Source: Chloroflexota bacterium (GTDB lineage Bacteria > Chloroflexota > Limnocylindria > Limnocylindrales > CSP1-4). Taken from it: a stretch of 64,000 nucleotides of DNA. Position 1 is the stretch's first letter; every line of letters starts with the position of its first letter. Made by a program: the position numbers and the translations under genes. The stretch lies in assembly GCA_947475545.1 (NCBI GenBank), contig CANJLL010000001.1, positions 686,277 to 750,276 on the forward strand, read 5' to 3'. This document shows positions 55,126 through 64,000 of this stretch, piece after piece. The notes under the pieces were generated by a model, which did not search any database, was not told the DNA's origin, and saw nothing but the letters and a program-made list of their open reading frames with translations.

Positions 55126-56538
55126 TCACGCCGGGCGAGGTGCCCAGTTGATCAGCGCGACCCGGCCGGCCGCGTCGGCGCGGATGTACCAGCGGCCGTC
55201 CCGCTCCACGGCCAGCTCGTCGATCGCGGCGTCCAGGCGCCGGTCCTTGGCGCCGCCCGGCTCCACCCACAGCTGATGGCGGAGGAAGCGCACCAGCTCG
55301 TCCCGGCCCGCGTAGCCGCGCGGCGGACGCTCCAGCCAGTGAACCTGCGGGGAGCGGCCGCGCGCGCTGAGGAACTCGAGGAGCAGATCCGCCGCGGGGA
55401 GCGCCGCGCGAGCCTCCCGGTGGACGGCCGGCCAGAACGGGTCGGCGAGCGACGCCGGCGCAGGCTGGGCCAGGAGCGCCGCGCACAGGCGCCCGGTGGC
55501 ACCTTCCATCGCGGCGACGAACGGGCCGATGGGCTCTGCGTCATAGCCGACATGGGCGATGAACGAGACGTCCGCCACCGGAGCACCATCCGGGGCCAGT
55601 CCCGCCAGCGCGGCCGGCCAGCGCCCCGCCACGGCGCGGATGTTCGCGATCCCGTGGGCCGCCGCGTCCTCGTGGAGCGCACCCAGCATGGATTCGGACG
55701 GATCCACGCCGATCACCTGGCCGGCGACACGCGCCAGCGGCAGCGCGAAGCGGCCCGCCCCGCACCCGATGTCCAGGACGGTCTCGCCCGGGCGTACCAG
55801 CGCGCGCAGTGCGTCCAGGTGCGGGTCATCCGTCCGGTCGGGGTCCACCCGGAACAGCGCGCTGACCGGGCCGTAGAAGTCGGGGCCGTCGGGCCGTTCG
55901 CGGAAGCGATCCACCTGCGCGCGGTTGTCGATCACCCGCCGGGTCCACGCCGCCTCGATGAGCATGGCCAGGTCCGCCGGCGTATCCACGTCGGGGTTCA
56001 CGCCGTCCACGGGCAGCTCCCCCACCAGGTCCGGCCGCCGCGCCAGGAGCGGCGCCAGGCCCCGGTCCCCGCTCGCCTCGCCGACCAACCCGAACGCAGC
56101 CCGACGGATCAGCACCGGATGCGGCCCACCCCCGCCCGCGTAGCGAGGCATGACGATCGGCCGCGCCGGGTCCTCGGGGAGCGCCAGGAGCGCCGCGACG
56201 ACATTCCGCCGCGTGAGTGGCTGGTCACCCAGCATGAGGATCAGCGCCTCCACGGGCGGCTCCAGCGCGGCCACCGCCTCCAGCCCCAGCCGGAGCGATG
56301 ACGCCAGCCCGCGGCCGGGGTCCGGGTTGCGGACACGCACCTCGCCGGCCCACGGCACGGCCGCCTCGGTCGCCTCCGCGGCCTCGCCCACCACCACGAC
56401 GATGGGCCCCAGGCCCGCGGACCGAGCCGTGAGCAGGACGTGCTCCAGCAGGGGCCGCCCCTCGAGTCGAGCGAGGACCTTGGGCGACCCGAACCGGGTG
56501 GCGGAGCCCGCAGCCAGGACGAGGCCGGCGATGGTCAT
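55126..56538 (-). CDS. Fusion: MocA/MobA-like molybdenum-cofactor nucleotidyltransferase plus class I SAM-dependent methyltransferase
   Basis: N-terminal LVLAAGSATRFG..PK motif and DVDTPADL. The C-terminal half has SAM motif I VLDIGCGAGR. It is a single uninterrupted ORF of 470 aa from ATG 56538. Confidence 0.8.
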   Translation of the reverse strand: MTIAGLVLAAGSATRFGSPKVLARLEGRPLLEHVLLTARSAGLGPIVVVVGEAAEATEAAVPWAGEVRVRNPDPGRGLASSLRLGLEAVAALEPPVEALILMLGDQPLTRRNVVAALLALPEDPARPIVMPRYAGGGGPHPVLIRRAAFGLVGEASGDRGLAPLLARRPDLVGELPVDGVNPDVDTPADLAMLIEAAWTRRVIDNRAQVDRFRERPDGPDFYGPVSALFRVDPDRTDDPHLDALRALVRPGETVLDIGCGAGRFALPLARVAGQVIGVDPSESMLGALHEDAAAHGIANIRAVAGRWPAALAGLAPDGAPVADVSFIAHVGYDAEPIGPFVAAMEGATGRLCAALLAQPAPASLADPFWPAVHREARAALPAADLLLEFLSARGRSPQVHWLERPPRGYAGRDELVRFLRHQLWVEPGGAKDRRLDAAIDELAVERDGRWYIRADAAGRVALINWAPRPA

Positions 56539-56584
56539 GGCGGATCTGGCCTGGTGATCCTGGACAGGGGGCCGGATCCAGCCG

Positions 56585-57724
56585 TCAGCCGCCGACGACC
56601 GGCGACGACTCGCGCATGACCTGGATCCCCGGGGCACGCTGGATCATGGGCACGCCGCTCCCGCCGTACCGCGCGGCGACGATCTCGGCCATGATCGAGA
56701 GGGCGGTCTCCGCCGGGGCCCGGCCGCCGAGATCCAGTCCGATGGGCCCATGCAGGCGCGCCAGCTGCGCATCGGTGAGGCCCGCCTCGCGTAGCCGGTC
56801 GCGCCGATCCACCTGCGTCTTGCGGGAGCCCACGGCACCCACGTACCGGCAGCCGCGGCGGAGCGCCTCGACGATGGCCGGCTCGTCAAACTTCACATCG
56901 TGGCTCAGCACCGCGACGGCGTCGTTGGGGCCCAGCCCGATGTCGTCCGCCACCTCGTCGGGCCAGCCGATCACCAGCTGGTCCACGTCGGGGAACCGCT
57001 CCGGCGTCGCGAAGGCCGTCCGACCATCGACCACCACCGTCGTATAGCCCAGCTCCTTCGCGAGCCGCGTCAGCGAGCGGGCAACCTCCACGGCGCCCAC
57101 CATGACCAGCCGCGGCTTGACCGGGTAGACCTCGATGAAGTAGGACCGGCCGCCCAGCTCCGCGGCGGTCGATGCGCCGCGCCGAAGCGCCTCCAGCGCG
57201 CCGGCCTTCAGCTCCTGGTCCAGCGCTCGGGCGCCCAGCGTCCCCTCCATGGTCCCGTCGTCGTGGACCAGGACGTGCGGCGTCGGCAGCTCGCCGGGGC
57301 CCGGCTCGTGGCGGGCGAACTGCGGGGGCGGGGCATCGGCCGGGAGGAGCGTGACCACGGCCGTGCCGCGGCCAGACGGGCCCTCGGAGCCCTTGACCGC
57401 GGCCAGGACGTCGGCCGGCAAGTCCGGCTGGATCATCACGTCGATGGTGCCGCCGCAGGCCAGGCCCACGTCCCAGGCCTCCTCGTCGCTGATCCCGTAG
57501 CGGATCACGCGGATGTGGCCGTCAATCCGTGCCTTGGCGATCTCCTCCGCGGCCGCGCCCTCCACGCAGCCACCGCTCACCGACCCGGCGATCCGCCCGT
57601 CGTCGGTCACCAGCAGCACGGCGCCCTCCGGGCGCGGCGCGGACCCAAACGTCCGAACGACCACGGCCCGACCCAGCGGCGCGTCCTCGCCCCAGCCGGC
57701 GAGGGTCTTGAGCAGCTCCTTCAT
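56585..57724 (-). CDS. XdhC/CoxI-family molybdoenzyme maturation factor
   Basis: 379 aa with XdhC_CoxI N-terminal and Rossmann-like C-terminal domains (LVMVGAVEVA). Confidence 0.88.
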   Translation of the reverse strand: MKELLKTLAGWGEDAPLGRAVVVRTFGSAPRPEGAVLLVTDDGRIAGSVSGGCVEGAAAEEIAKARIDGHIRVIRYGISDEEAWDVGLACGGTIDVMIQPDLPADVLAAVKGSEGPSGRGTAVVTLLPADAPPPQFARHEPGPGELPTPHVLVHDDGTMEGTLGARALDQELKAGALEALRRGASTAAELGGRSYFIEVYPVKPRLVMVGAVEVARSLTRLAKELGYTTVVVDGRTAFATPERFPDVDQLVIGWPDEVADDIGLGPNDAVAVLSHDVKFDEPAIVEALRRGCRYVGAVGSRKTQVDRRDRLREAGLTDAQLARLHGPIGLDLGGRAPAETALSIMAEIVAARYGGSGVPMIQRAPGIQVMRESSPVVGG

Positions 57725-57757
57725 GGCAGATCCTCCAGGGCGGGAGCGTACAACCGA

Positions 57758-59140
57758 TCAGCGACCGACGAGGGGGCGGGCCCTTGTGACATCGCCGCCG
57801 GTCCGCAGGCCGACTGGCGCGGGCGGCGCCCCGACGGCCGGCCGTGGCGCGTGGGCAGCGGCCTCGCTGCGACTGACCGTGTCGCGCCCCCGGACGCCGG
57901 CGAGAATCTCGCCGAGGCGCTCCAGGCTGGCCACGGTGCCGGCGGGCAGGAAGTCGTCGATGTACGGGTACGCGGCGCGCATCCCGGCCGCCAGCGGCTG
58001 GTAGCCCGGCGTGCCAGCCAACGGGTTGAGCCAGACCAGGCGGTGGCAGTTGCGCCGCAGCCGCGCTGTCTCGGTCGCGACGATGGCCGGATCCCCCCGG
58101 TCCCAGCCGTCCGAGACCACGACCACCACGCCACTGGACCGGAGAGAGCGGCGCGCCCACTTCTGGTTGAACTCCCGGAAGGACTCCCCGATCCGAGTGC
58201 CGCCGGCCCAGTCGTTGACGCTCTCCGCCACGCGCGAGAGGGCGCGGTCGCGGTCCTTGTCCCGCATGAGGCGCGTGACGCGGGTGAGGCGGGTACCAAA
58301 GACGTACGACTCGGTCTTGACCGAGCTGGCCGCCGAGAGGGCCTGGATAAATCGGAGCAGGAGCCGCGAGTGGCGCTCCATGGAGCCGGAGATGTCGCAC
58401 AGCACCACGAGCGGGCGCGGCCGCCGGGTGGGGCGTCGCCAGACCCACTCCAGCAGCTCGCCGCCGGACCCCAGGTTGGCGCGCATGATCGCGCGCGGCG
58501 CCAGCAGGCGGCCGTGGCGATGCAGCTCGTAGCGACGCGTTCGGCGTTGCTCCAGGCGCGGGACGAGCAGGTCGACCAGGCGCTCCGCCTCGCGCAGCTC
58601 CTGGGGCGTCATCCGGTCGAAGTCCTTGTGCCGGATGATCTCGGACGCCGACCAGGCCTCGGGCGAGATGGTCAGCCCTTCGGCCTCCTCCTCGCCATCG
58701 CCCTCGTCGGCGGGCACGGTCTGGCCGATCGACTCGGACGCGATGCCCGGCTCGTCGGTGCCGTTCTCGCCCTCCGTCTCCTCCTCACCCTGATCGGGGC
58801 CGTCGTCTGGGTTCTCCTCCTCGGACACGGAGGTGACCACGTTCTCGTCGGGGCGGGCGGCGATCCGGCGCCTCCAGTAGCGGTCGAAGACGACGTTGTA
58901 GACCTCAATGTCGTCGCGGTTGCGGACGAAGATCGCGGCGCCGGCGGCCCGGAACTCCTCGCGGTCGCCCATGTGGATCAGTGCGAGCGCGCGCGGGTAG
59001 TCCAGCTGCGACCCGATGTCGATCGACAGGCCGGCCCGTCGCAGCGCGCGGCCGAAGCCGGTGGCCGAGCGCAGCAGACGGCGGCCGTCGACCAGGACGT
59101 CAGGCAGCGCCTCGGTCGTGAGCTCAGGCTGGTCGTACAC
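57758..59140 (-). CDS. CoxE-like VWA-domain protein
   Basis: 460 aa with a C-terminal VWA/MIDAS (VVLCDISGSM ... VVVVSDGWD). Confidence 0.85.
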   Translation of the reverse strand: MYDQPELTTEALPDVLVDGRRLLRSATGFGRALRRAGLSIDIGSQLDYPRALALIHMGDREEFRAAGAAIFVRNRDDIEVYNVVFDRYWRRRIAARPDENVVTSVSEEENPDDGPDQGEEETEGENGTDEPGIASESIGQTVPADEGDGEEEAEGLTISPEAWSASEIIRHKDFDRMTPQELREAERLVDLLVPRLEQRRTRRYELHRHGRLLAPRAIMRANLGSGGELLEWVWRRPTRRPRPLVVLCDISGSMERHSRLLLRFIQALSAASSVKTESYVFGTRLTRVTRLMRDKDRDRALSRVAESVNDWAGGTRIGESFREFNQKWARRSLRSSGVVVVVSDGWDRGDPAIVATETARLRRNCHRLVWLNPLAGTPGYQPLAAGMRAAYPYIDDFLPAGTVASLERLGEILAGVRGRDTVSRSEAAAHAPRPAVGAPPAPVGLRTGGDVTRARPLVGR

Positions 59141-59161
59141 GGGACGTCGGCGCCCGGGGCG

Positions 59162-60055
59162 CTAGGCGCGCGGGGTGGTATCGGCCAGGTACTGGCGGGT
59201 GATAGCGCCCTTCACGTGTCGGACGTCCTCCTCGTACTTGAGGACGACGCCCAGCGTCTCGTCGACCACCTCGGCCGTCAGCTCCTTCGCGCCGAGCGAC
59301 AGGAGAGCGGCGGCCCAGTCGAGTGTCTCGGCCACGCCGGGGACCTTGGTGAGGTCGGCCTGGCGGAGGCGCTGGACAAAGGCCACCACCTGGCGGGCGA
59401 GCGGCTCCGACGCGCTGGGCACACGCGCCAGCACGATCTCGAACTCCCGCTGCGGGGTGGGATAGTCGATCCAGTGGTAGAGGCAGCGGCGCTTCAGGGC
59501 GTCGTGGACCTCGCGGGTCCGGTTGGAGGTGAGCACGACGCGCGGCGGATGCTCTGCCTTGATGGTCCCAAGCTCTGGCACGGTGATCTGGAAGTCCGAC
59601 AGGATCTCCAGCAGGTACGCCTCAAACTCTTCGTCCGCGCGGTCGATCTCGTCGATCAGGAGGACAGGCGGGATCCCATTGGGGCTGGGCTCCAGGGCCT
59701 CCAGGAGCGGACGGCGGACCAGGAACTCGGGACCAAAGATGTCGTGGGCCTGCATCTTGTCCGCGACGCCGCGCGCCTCCTGGAGGCGGATGTTGAGCAT
59801 CTGCGCGGGGTAGTTCCACTCGTAGACGGCCGTGTTGACATCCAGGCCCTCGTAGCACTGGAGCCGGATCAGCCGGGCACCCAGCGAGGACGCGAGGGCC
59901 TTTGCCAACTCGGTCTTGCCGACGCCGGCCTCGCCCTCCAGCAGCAGCGGCCGGCCCAGCCGGAGCGCAAGGAAGACGACCGTTGCCAGCGACCGGTCGC
60001 ACAGGTAGTTCTGGCTGGCGAGGGAGGCCTGAACCTCTTCGATCGTGTCAAGCAT
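59162..60055 (-). CDS. CoxD-like MoxR-family AAA+ ATPase
   Basis: 297 aa with Walker A GEAGVGKT and Walker B VLLIDEIDRA. Confidence 0.92.
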   Translation of the reverse strand: MLDTIEEVQASLASQNYLCDRSLATVVFLALRLGRPLLLEGEAGVGKTELAKALASSLGARLIRLQCYEGLDVNTAVYEWNYPAQMLNIRLQEARGVADKMQAHDIFGPEFLVRRPLLEALEPSPNGIPPVLLIDEIDRADEEFEAYLLEILSDFQITVPELGTIKAEHPPRVVLTSNRTREVHDALKRRCLYHWIDYPTPQREFEIVLARVPSASEPLARQVVAFVQRLRQADLTKVPGVAETLDWAAALLSLGAKELTAEVVDETLGVVLKYEEDVRHVKGAITRQYLADTTPRA

Positions 60056-60111
60056 GTGGGGAAGATACCCGCTAGCGGAAAGTGGTGTCCGTCAATGACC
60101 TGGAGGCTGCC

Positions 60112-60639
60112 TCACCCGTCCGGCGCACGCTCCGCGTGGGCCCGCTGGGTCGCGCTGGCGATCGCCCGGACGATGTTGGCATAGCCGGTGCACCGGCACA
60201 GGTTGCCGCTGATCTGCGTCCGGATCTGGGCGTCGGTGGGGGGCTCGTCGAGATCGAGCAGCGGCAGCGCGGCCATCACCATGCCGGGCGTGCAGTAGCC
60301 ACACTGGAGGCCGTGCTCATCCCAGAAGGCCTGCTGCAGCGGGTGGAGCGTCCCATCCGGGTCCGCCAGTCCCTCGATGGTGGTGATCTCGCGGCCGTCG
60401 GCCTGGACGGCGAACATGGTGCAGGACTTGATCGGCCGAGCGTCCACGGTCACCGTGCACGCCCCGCAGCTCGTGGTATCGCAACCCACGTGGGTCCCCG
60501 TGAGGCCCAGCTGCTCTCGAAGCAGGTGGACGAGGAGCAGGCGGGATTCGACGACCGCCTCGTGGGCCTGGCCGTTGACGGTGACGGTGATCCGGTGCTC
60601 CCGGGCGGGCGTCGCGGTCATCGCCGGCGTCGCGGTCAT
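60112..60639 (-). CDS. [2Fe-2S]-binding small subunit of the molybdenum hydroxylase
   Basis: 175 aa with [11 protein letters not shown] and CGYCTPG ... CRCTGY motifs. It overlaps the upstream gene stop (ATGA). Confidence 0.92.
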   Translation of the reverse strand: MTATPAMTATPAREHRITVTVNGQAHEAVVESRLLLVHLLREQLGLTGTHVGCDTTSCGACTVTVDARPIKSCTMFAVQADGREITTIEGLADPDGTLHPLQQAFWDEHGLQCGYCTPGMVMAALPLLDLDEPPTDAQIRTQISGNLCRCTGYANIVRAIASATQRAHAERAPDG

Positions 60640-61544
60640 CGCCGGCCTCCCGGTGCGGCGCCGGCCACGGCGCCATAGGCCAGGGCCCGTTGCACCGCGC
60701 ACTGGACCGCGCGACCCGCCAGCCCGCGCGCCAGGTCCACCTTGTAGGCACTCCCGCCACGGAGGTCGGCCCAGGGCTGGATCCCGTCGCCCGCCAGGGC
60801 CGCGGCCTCGTCGAGCGCGGCCCCGTCGTCCACGCGGACCCCGACCAGCGCGGCTTCGGCCGCCTCGGCGCGCAGCGGGACGGGGCCCGCGTTGGTCAGG
60901 GCCAGCCGGGCGGAGCGGATTCGGCTGTCCGCGACGACGACCACCGCCGCCACCGCAGCCACGGCGAAGTCGCCCACCTGGCGCTCGTACTTCACGTAGG
61001 CAGAGCCCGTTCCCGGCCCCGGCGCCGCGATCCGGATCTCGGTGAGGACCTCGTCCTCGCCAAGCGCCGTTCCGAACAGGTCCTGGAAGAAGTCGGCCGC
61101 GGCCACCTCCCGGGTGCCGGCCGCGCCGCTGAGCACGAAGCGCGCGCCCAGGGCCAGCATGGTGGCCGGGTGGTCGTTGGCGGGATCCGCGTGCGCGATG
61201 TTGCCGCCGATGGTGCCCATGTTGCGGACCAGCGGATCGGCGATCACCGCGCTGGTGTCGACCAGGATGGGCCAGCTGGCCGCAAGCAGCGCCGAGGCCT
61301 CCACGTCCGCCTCGCGGGCCAGCGCCCCGATCCGGATCTCGCCCGCCTGCGCGATGATGCCGGCCGCGCCCGGGACGCGGTTCAGGTCGATCAGCAGGCG
61401 CGGCTCGGCCAGGCGCAGCTTCATGAGCGGAATCAGGCTGCACCCGCCGGACAGCAGCTTGCCCTCGCCGGCGGCGCGCGCCAGCTGCTCGCTGGCCTCC
61501 GCGAAGGAGCCAACCGCGACGTACTCGAAGGCCGCTGGGTACAT
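60636..61544 (-). CDS. FAD-binding medium subunit of the molybdenum hydroxylase
   Basis: 302-aa internal start MYPAAFEY, with [12 protein letters not shown] and [11 protein letters not shown] motifs. Confidence 0.9.
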   Translation of the reverse strand: MYPAAFEYVAVGSFAEASEQLARAAGEGKLLSGGCSLIPLMKLRLAEPRLLIDLNRVPGAAGIIAQAGEIRIGALAREADVEASALLAASWPILVDTSAVIADPLVRNMGTIGGNIAHADPANDHPATMLALGARFVLSGAAGTREVAAADFFQDLFGTALGEDEVLTEIRIAAPGPGTGSAYVKYERQVGDFAVAAVAAVVVVADSRIRSARLALTNAGPVPLRAEAAEAALVGVRVDDGAALDEAAALAGDGIQPWADLRGGSAYKVDLARGLAGRAVQCAVQRALAYGAVAGAAPGGRR

Positions 61545-61671
61545 GCTCCTCCCGTCGGCCCCGCTCGAACGGGGACGGTGGAATACTACAAACACCATCA
61601 GCCCCGCGTGGCAACGCGCCGCGTGGGAACGCGGGGCGCCCCGACGCCATTCACCTGAGGAAACCGCCCCG

Positions 61672-62160
61672 ATGTCCAAGTCCCTCGGCAACCAGCTCCC
61701 GGCAGATGCCATGGCCATGCTCGACGGCACGAACCTGCCGGCCGGCCTGGGCGCCACATTCACGCTGGTCGTCCAGGGCGACGACGGCTTCCCCACCGTC
61801 GCCCTCCTGAGCGTGGGCGAGGTGCTGGCAACAGACGCCTCAACGGTCCGCCTCGCGCTCTGGCCCGGCTCGGGCACCACTGCCGCCCTCACGGCCGCCG
61901 GCAAGGCCACCATGATGCTGGTGGGCGGCGACTCGGTCTGGTACGTCCGCCTGGCGGCCCGGCGTGGGCCGGACATCGGAGAGGAGGGCCTCAAGCGCGC
62001 CTACTTCGAGTGCGCCATCGACGACGTCCTCGTCGACAAGGTCACCTACGCCAAGATCACCAGCGGCATCAGCTTCGAGCTCCCGGAGCCCGACAAGGTG
62101 CTGGACCGCTGGCAGCGAACCATCGACTTGGTCCGGGCGCAGCCCGCCGTGGCCGGCTGA
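61672..62160 (+). CDS. Hypothetical protein (possibly a split-barrel flavin-binding fold)
   Basis: 162-aa internal ATG with GAGGAA upstream. It is divergent from the hydroxylase cluster. No family was confidently recognised. Confidence 0.6.
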   Translation: MSKSLGNQLPADAMAMLDGTNLPAGLGATFTLVVQGDDGFPTVALLSVGEVLATDASTVRLALWPGSGTTAALTAAGKATMMLVGGDSVWYVRLAARRGPDIGEEGLKRAYFECAIDDVLVDKVTYAKITSGISFELPEPDKVLDRWQRTIDLVRAQPAVAG

Positions 62161-62177
62161 CCGCCCGAAAGGATCCA

Positions 62178-63251
62178 GTGCCCGACCAGACCGACGCCGC
62201 ACCGCCCACCCAGATTGGCCGCCGCAAGGACGACCACCTGACCGTGGCCGCGCGCGATGACATCGAGCATGTCCACCGGGGCGGCTTCGAGCGCTACCGG
62301 CTGCGCCATCGCGCGCTACCCGGGCGCGACCTGGCGGAGGTGGACCTGTCGGTGGAGGTCCTGGGCAAGCGGCTGGCCGCGCCGCTGCTGATTGCCTCGA
62401 TGACCGGTGGCACCGAGCGCGCCCGCGAGGTGAATGCCAAGCTGGCCATCGCGGCCGAGGCCGCGGGCCTGGCGATGGGCCTGGGCTCCGGCCGCGCCGC
62501 GCTGGAGCACCCGGAGCTGACGCCCACCTTCCTGCTGCCGGTCCGGCCCCCGCTCCTGTTCGCCAACCTGGGCGCGGTGCAGCTGCGCCGGGGGCTGGGG
62601 CCCGCCGACGCGGAGCGCCTGGTGGACCTCATGCAGGCCGACGCACTCTTCCTCCACCTCAACCCCATCCAGGAGGCCGTCCAGCCCGAGGGCGACACGG
62701 AGTTCGGCGGCCTCACGGAGCTGATTGCCGCGGTGGTGAAGCGGCTCCGGCCGCGGCCCGTGGTGGTCAAGGAGGTTGGCTTTGGGCTCTCGCCTGAGGA
62801 CGTGGCCGAGCTGTTGTCGGCGGGCGTGGCCGCGATCGACGTCTCCGGCGCCGGGGGCACCAACTGGGCACTGATCGAGGGGCAGCGGGACCCCGCGGCC
62901 GGCGAGGTGGCGCGCGCCTTCGCCGACTGGGGCTGGCCCACGGTCACGTCGCTGCGCGAGGCGGTCCGGCTGGCCGACCCGGCGGGCGTCCCCATCTTCG
63001 CCAGTGGCGGGATCCGGGACGGCGTGGACGCCGCCATCGCGCTGGCGCTGGGCGCGCGCCTGGCGGGCTTCGCGCGGCCGATGCTCCTCGCCGCGTTCGA
63101 GGATCGCGCCACGGAAACCGCGCAACTCCTGGTCCGCCAGCTCCGGATCGCCACTTGGGCGGTCGGCGCGGCGCGCGTCTCCGACCTGTCCGCCGCGCAC
63201 CTGCTTCACGACGGCGCGCCGATCGACGGCACGCCCGTGAGCGCACGATGA
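62178..63251 (+). CDS. fni: Type 2 isopentenyl-diphosphate delta-isomerase (FMN-dependent)
   Basis: GTG start with GAAAGGA upstream. Motifs: RKDDHL, SMTGG, VKEVGFG, SGAGGTNW, ASGGIRDG. Confidence 0.88.
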   Translation: MPDQTDAAPPTQIGRRKDDHLTVAARDDIEHVHRGGFERYRLRHRALPGRDLAEVDLSVEVLGKRLAAPLLIASMTGGTERAREVNAKLAIAAEAAGLAMGLGSGRAALEHPELTPTFLLPVRPPLLFANLGAVQLRRGLGPADAERLVDLMQADALFLHLNPIQEAVQPEGDTEFGGLTELIAAVVKRLRPRPVVVKEVGFGLSPEDVAELLSAGVAAIDVSGAGGTNWALIEGQRDPAAGEVARAFADWGWPTVTSLREAVRLADPAGVPIFASGGIRDGVDAAIALALGARLAGFARPMLLAAFEDRATETAQLLVRQLRIATWAVGAARVSDLSAAHLLHDGAPIDGTPVSAR

Positions 63252-63261
63252 GGCCACGCCG

Positions 63262-64000
63262 ATGACCCTCGGGCCCGTCCCCGGCCCTTCGGACCCGGCG
63301 CCCGCCGGCGCTCCCCCCAGCGCTCCCGCCATCTCCGTCCAGGGCCTGGTCAAGCGCTACCGGAAGGCCACGCGCAACGCCGTCGACGGCATCTCGTTCG
63401 AGGTGGGCACCGGCGCCTTCTTCGTCCTCCTGGGCCCCAACGGCGCGGGCAAGACCACCACCATCTCGATCCTCACCACCACCCTCTCCCCCACCGGCGG
63501 CCGGGCGCTGATCGGCGGCCGCGACATCGTGGCGGAGGCCAGCGCGGTCCGGCGCGAGGTGGGGATCATCTTCCAGAAGCCCAGCCTGGACCAGAACCTG
63601 ACCGGCGAGGAGAACGTCCGTTTCCACGCGGTCCTGTACGGGCTCTACCCGTGGGCGCCGTCGTGGCGGCTGATGCCGGCCGCCTACCGGACCCAGGTCG
63701 AGGAGCTCGCGGGCCTCCTGGGCGTGGGCGAGGAGATCTTCGCCCCCGTCCGAACCTACTCGGGCGGGATGCGCCGCAAGCTGGAGATCGTCCGCAGCCT
63801 GCTCCATCGACCGCGGGTCCTCTTCCTGGACGAGCCCACCGCGGGCCTGGACGCGCCGACCCGACGCACGCTCTGGGACTACCTGGCACGGGTCCGGCGC
63901 GAGAGCGGCACCACGGTCTTCCTGACGACGCACTACCTGGAGGAGGCGGAGGGCGCCGACCACGTGTGCGTCATCGACCACGGGCGCGTGGTGGCCGCTG
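63262..64000 (+). CDS. ABC transporter ATP-binding protein (3' truncated by the window end)
   Basis: My own translation. It is absent from the ORF track because no stop falls in the window. Walker A GPNGAGKTT, signature YSGGMRRKLE, Walker B LFLDEPTAGLD. Confidence 0.88.
   Translation, partial: MTLGPVPGPSDPAPAGAPPSAPAISVQGLVKRYRKATRNAVDGISFEVGTGAFFVLLGPNGAGKTTTISILTTTLSPTGGRALIGGRDIVAEASAVRREVGIIFQKPSLDQNLTGEENVRFHAVLYGLYPWAPSWRLMPAAYRTQVEELAGLLGVGEEIFAPVRTYSGGMRRKLEIVRSLLHRPRVLFLDEPTAGLDAPTRRTLWDYLARVRRESGTTVFLTTHYLEEAEGADHVCVIDHGRVVAA

Overview
High-GC (about 70% by eye), densely coding bacterial chromosomal segment of roughly 60 genes. All homology calls come from reading the ORF-track translations and recalling conserved motifs; no searches were run.

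I saw no transposase, integrase, rRNA, CRISPR array or prophage.

Gene content, in order:
- PAS histidine kinase plus NarL-type response regulator.
- A vapBC toxin-antitoxin pair coupled to a secreted peptidase-like gene.
- A serine-biosynthesis operon: class V aminotransferase, serA, histidine phosphatase.
- A MoxR, DUF58, transglutaminase operon.
- A run of zinc-ribbon, FmdB, HTH and YihY genes carrying coding tandem repeats.
- valS preceded by a T-box leader.
- clpX, clpP, tig and tRNA-Leu(UAG).
- A holin-X-like membrane pair, cinA, an MBL hydrolase, an M20 peptidase and an FMN-dependent alpha-hydroxy-acid oxidase.
- mrp/apbC and a second vapBC pair.
- An IMPase-family gene, a class II aldolase, and a ChlI-like AAA+/VWA pair.
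- A PNPOx-family gene interrupted by an in-frame TAA.
- A tightly coupled five-gene redox operon: NfnA-like, NfnB/GltD-like, KorA, KorB, and a 730-aa ferredoxin-tailed orphan.
- A molybdenum-hydroxylase cluster with a full maturation set, including a MocA::methyltransferase fusion.
- Type-2 IPP isomerase and a partial ABC ATPase.

Most interesting observations:
- The Nfn-Kor-orphan operon.
- Two related structured intergenic regions (31.2-31.7 kb and 41.4-41.8 kb).
- An array of three 12-bp perfect palindromes between convergent genes.
- A degenerate secretion-ATPase-like gene upstream of the AAA+/VWA pair.
- An unusual density of short tandem repeats, both coding and non-coding.

CDS boundaries follow the ORF track. 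Hand-indexed coordinates for small motifs may be off by 1 nt.
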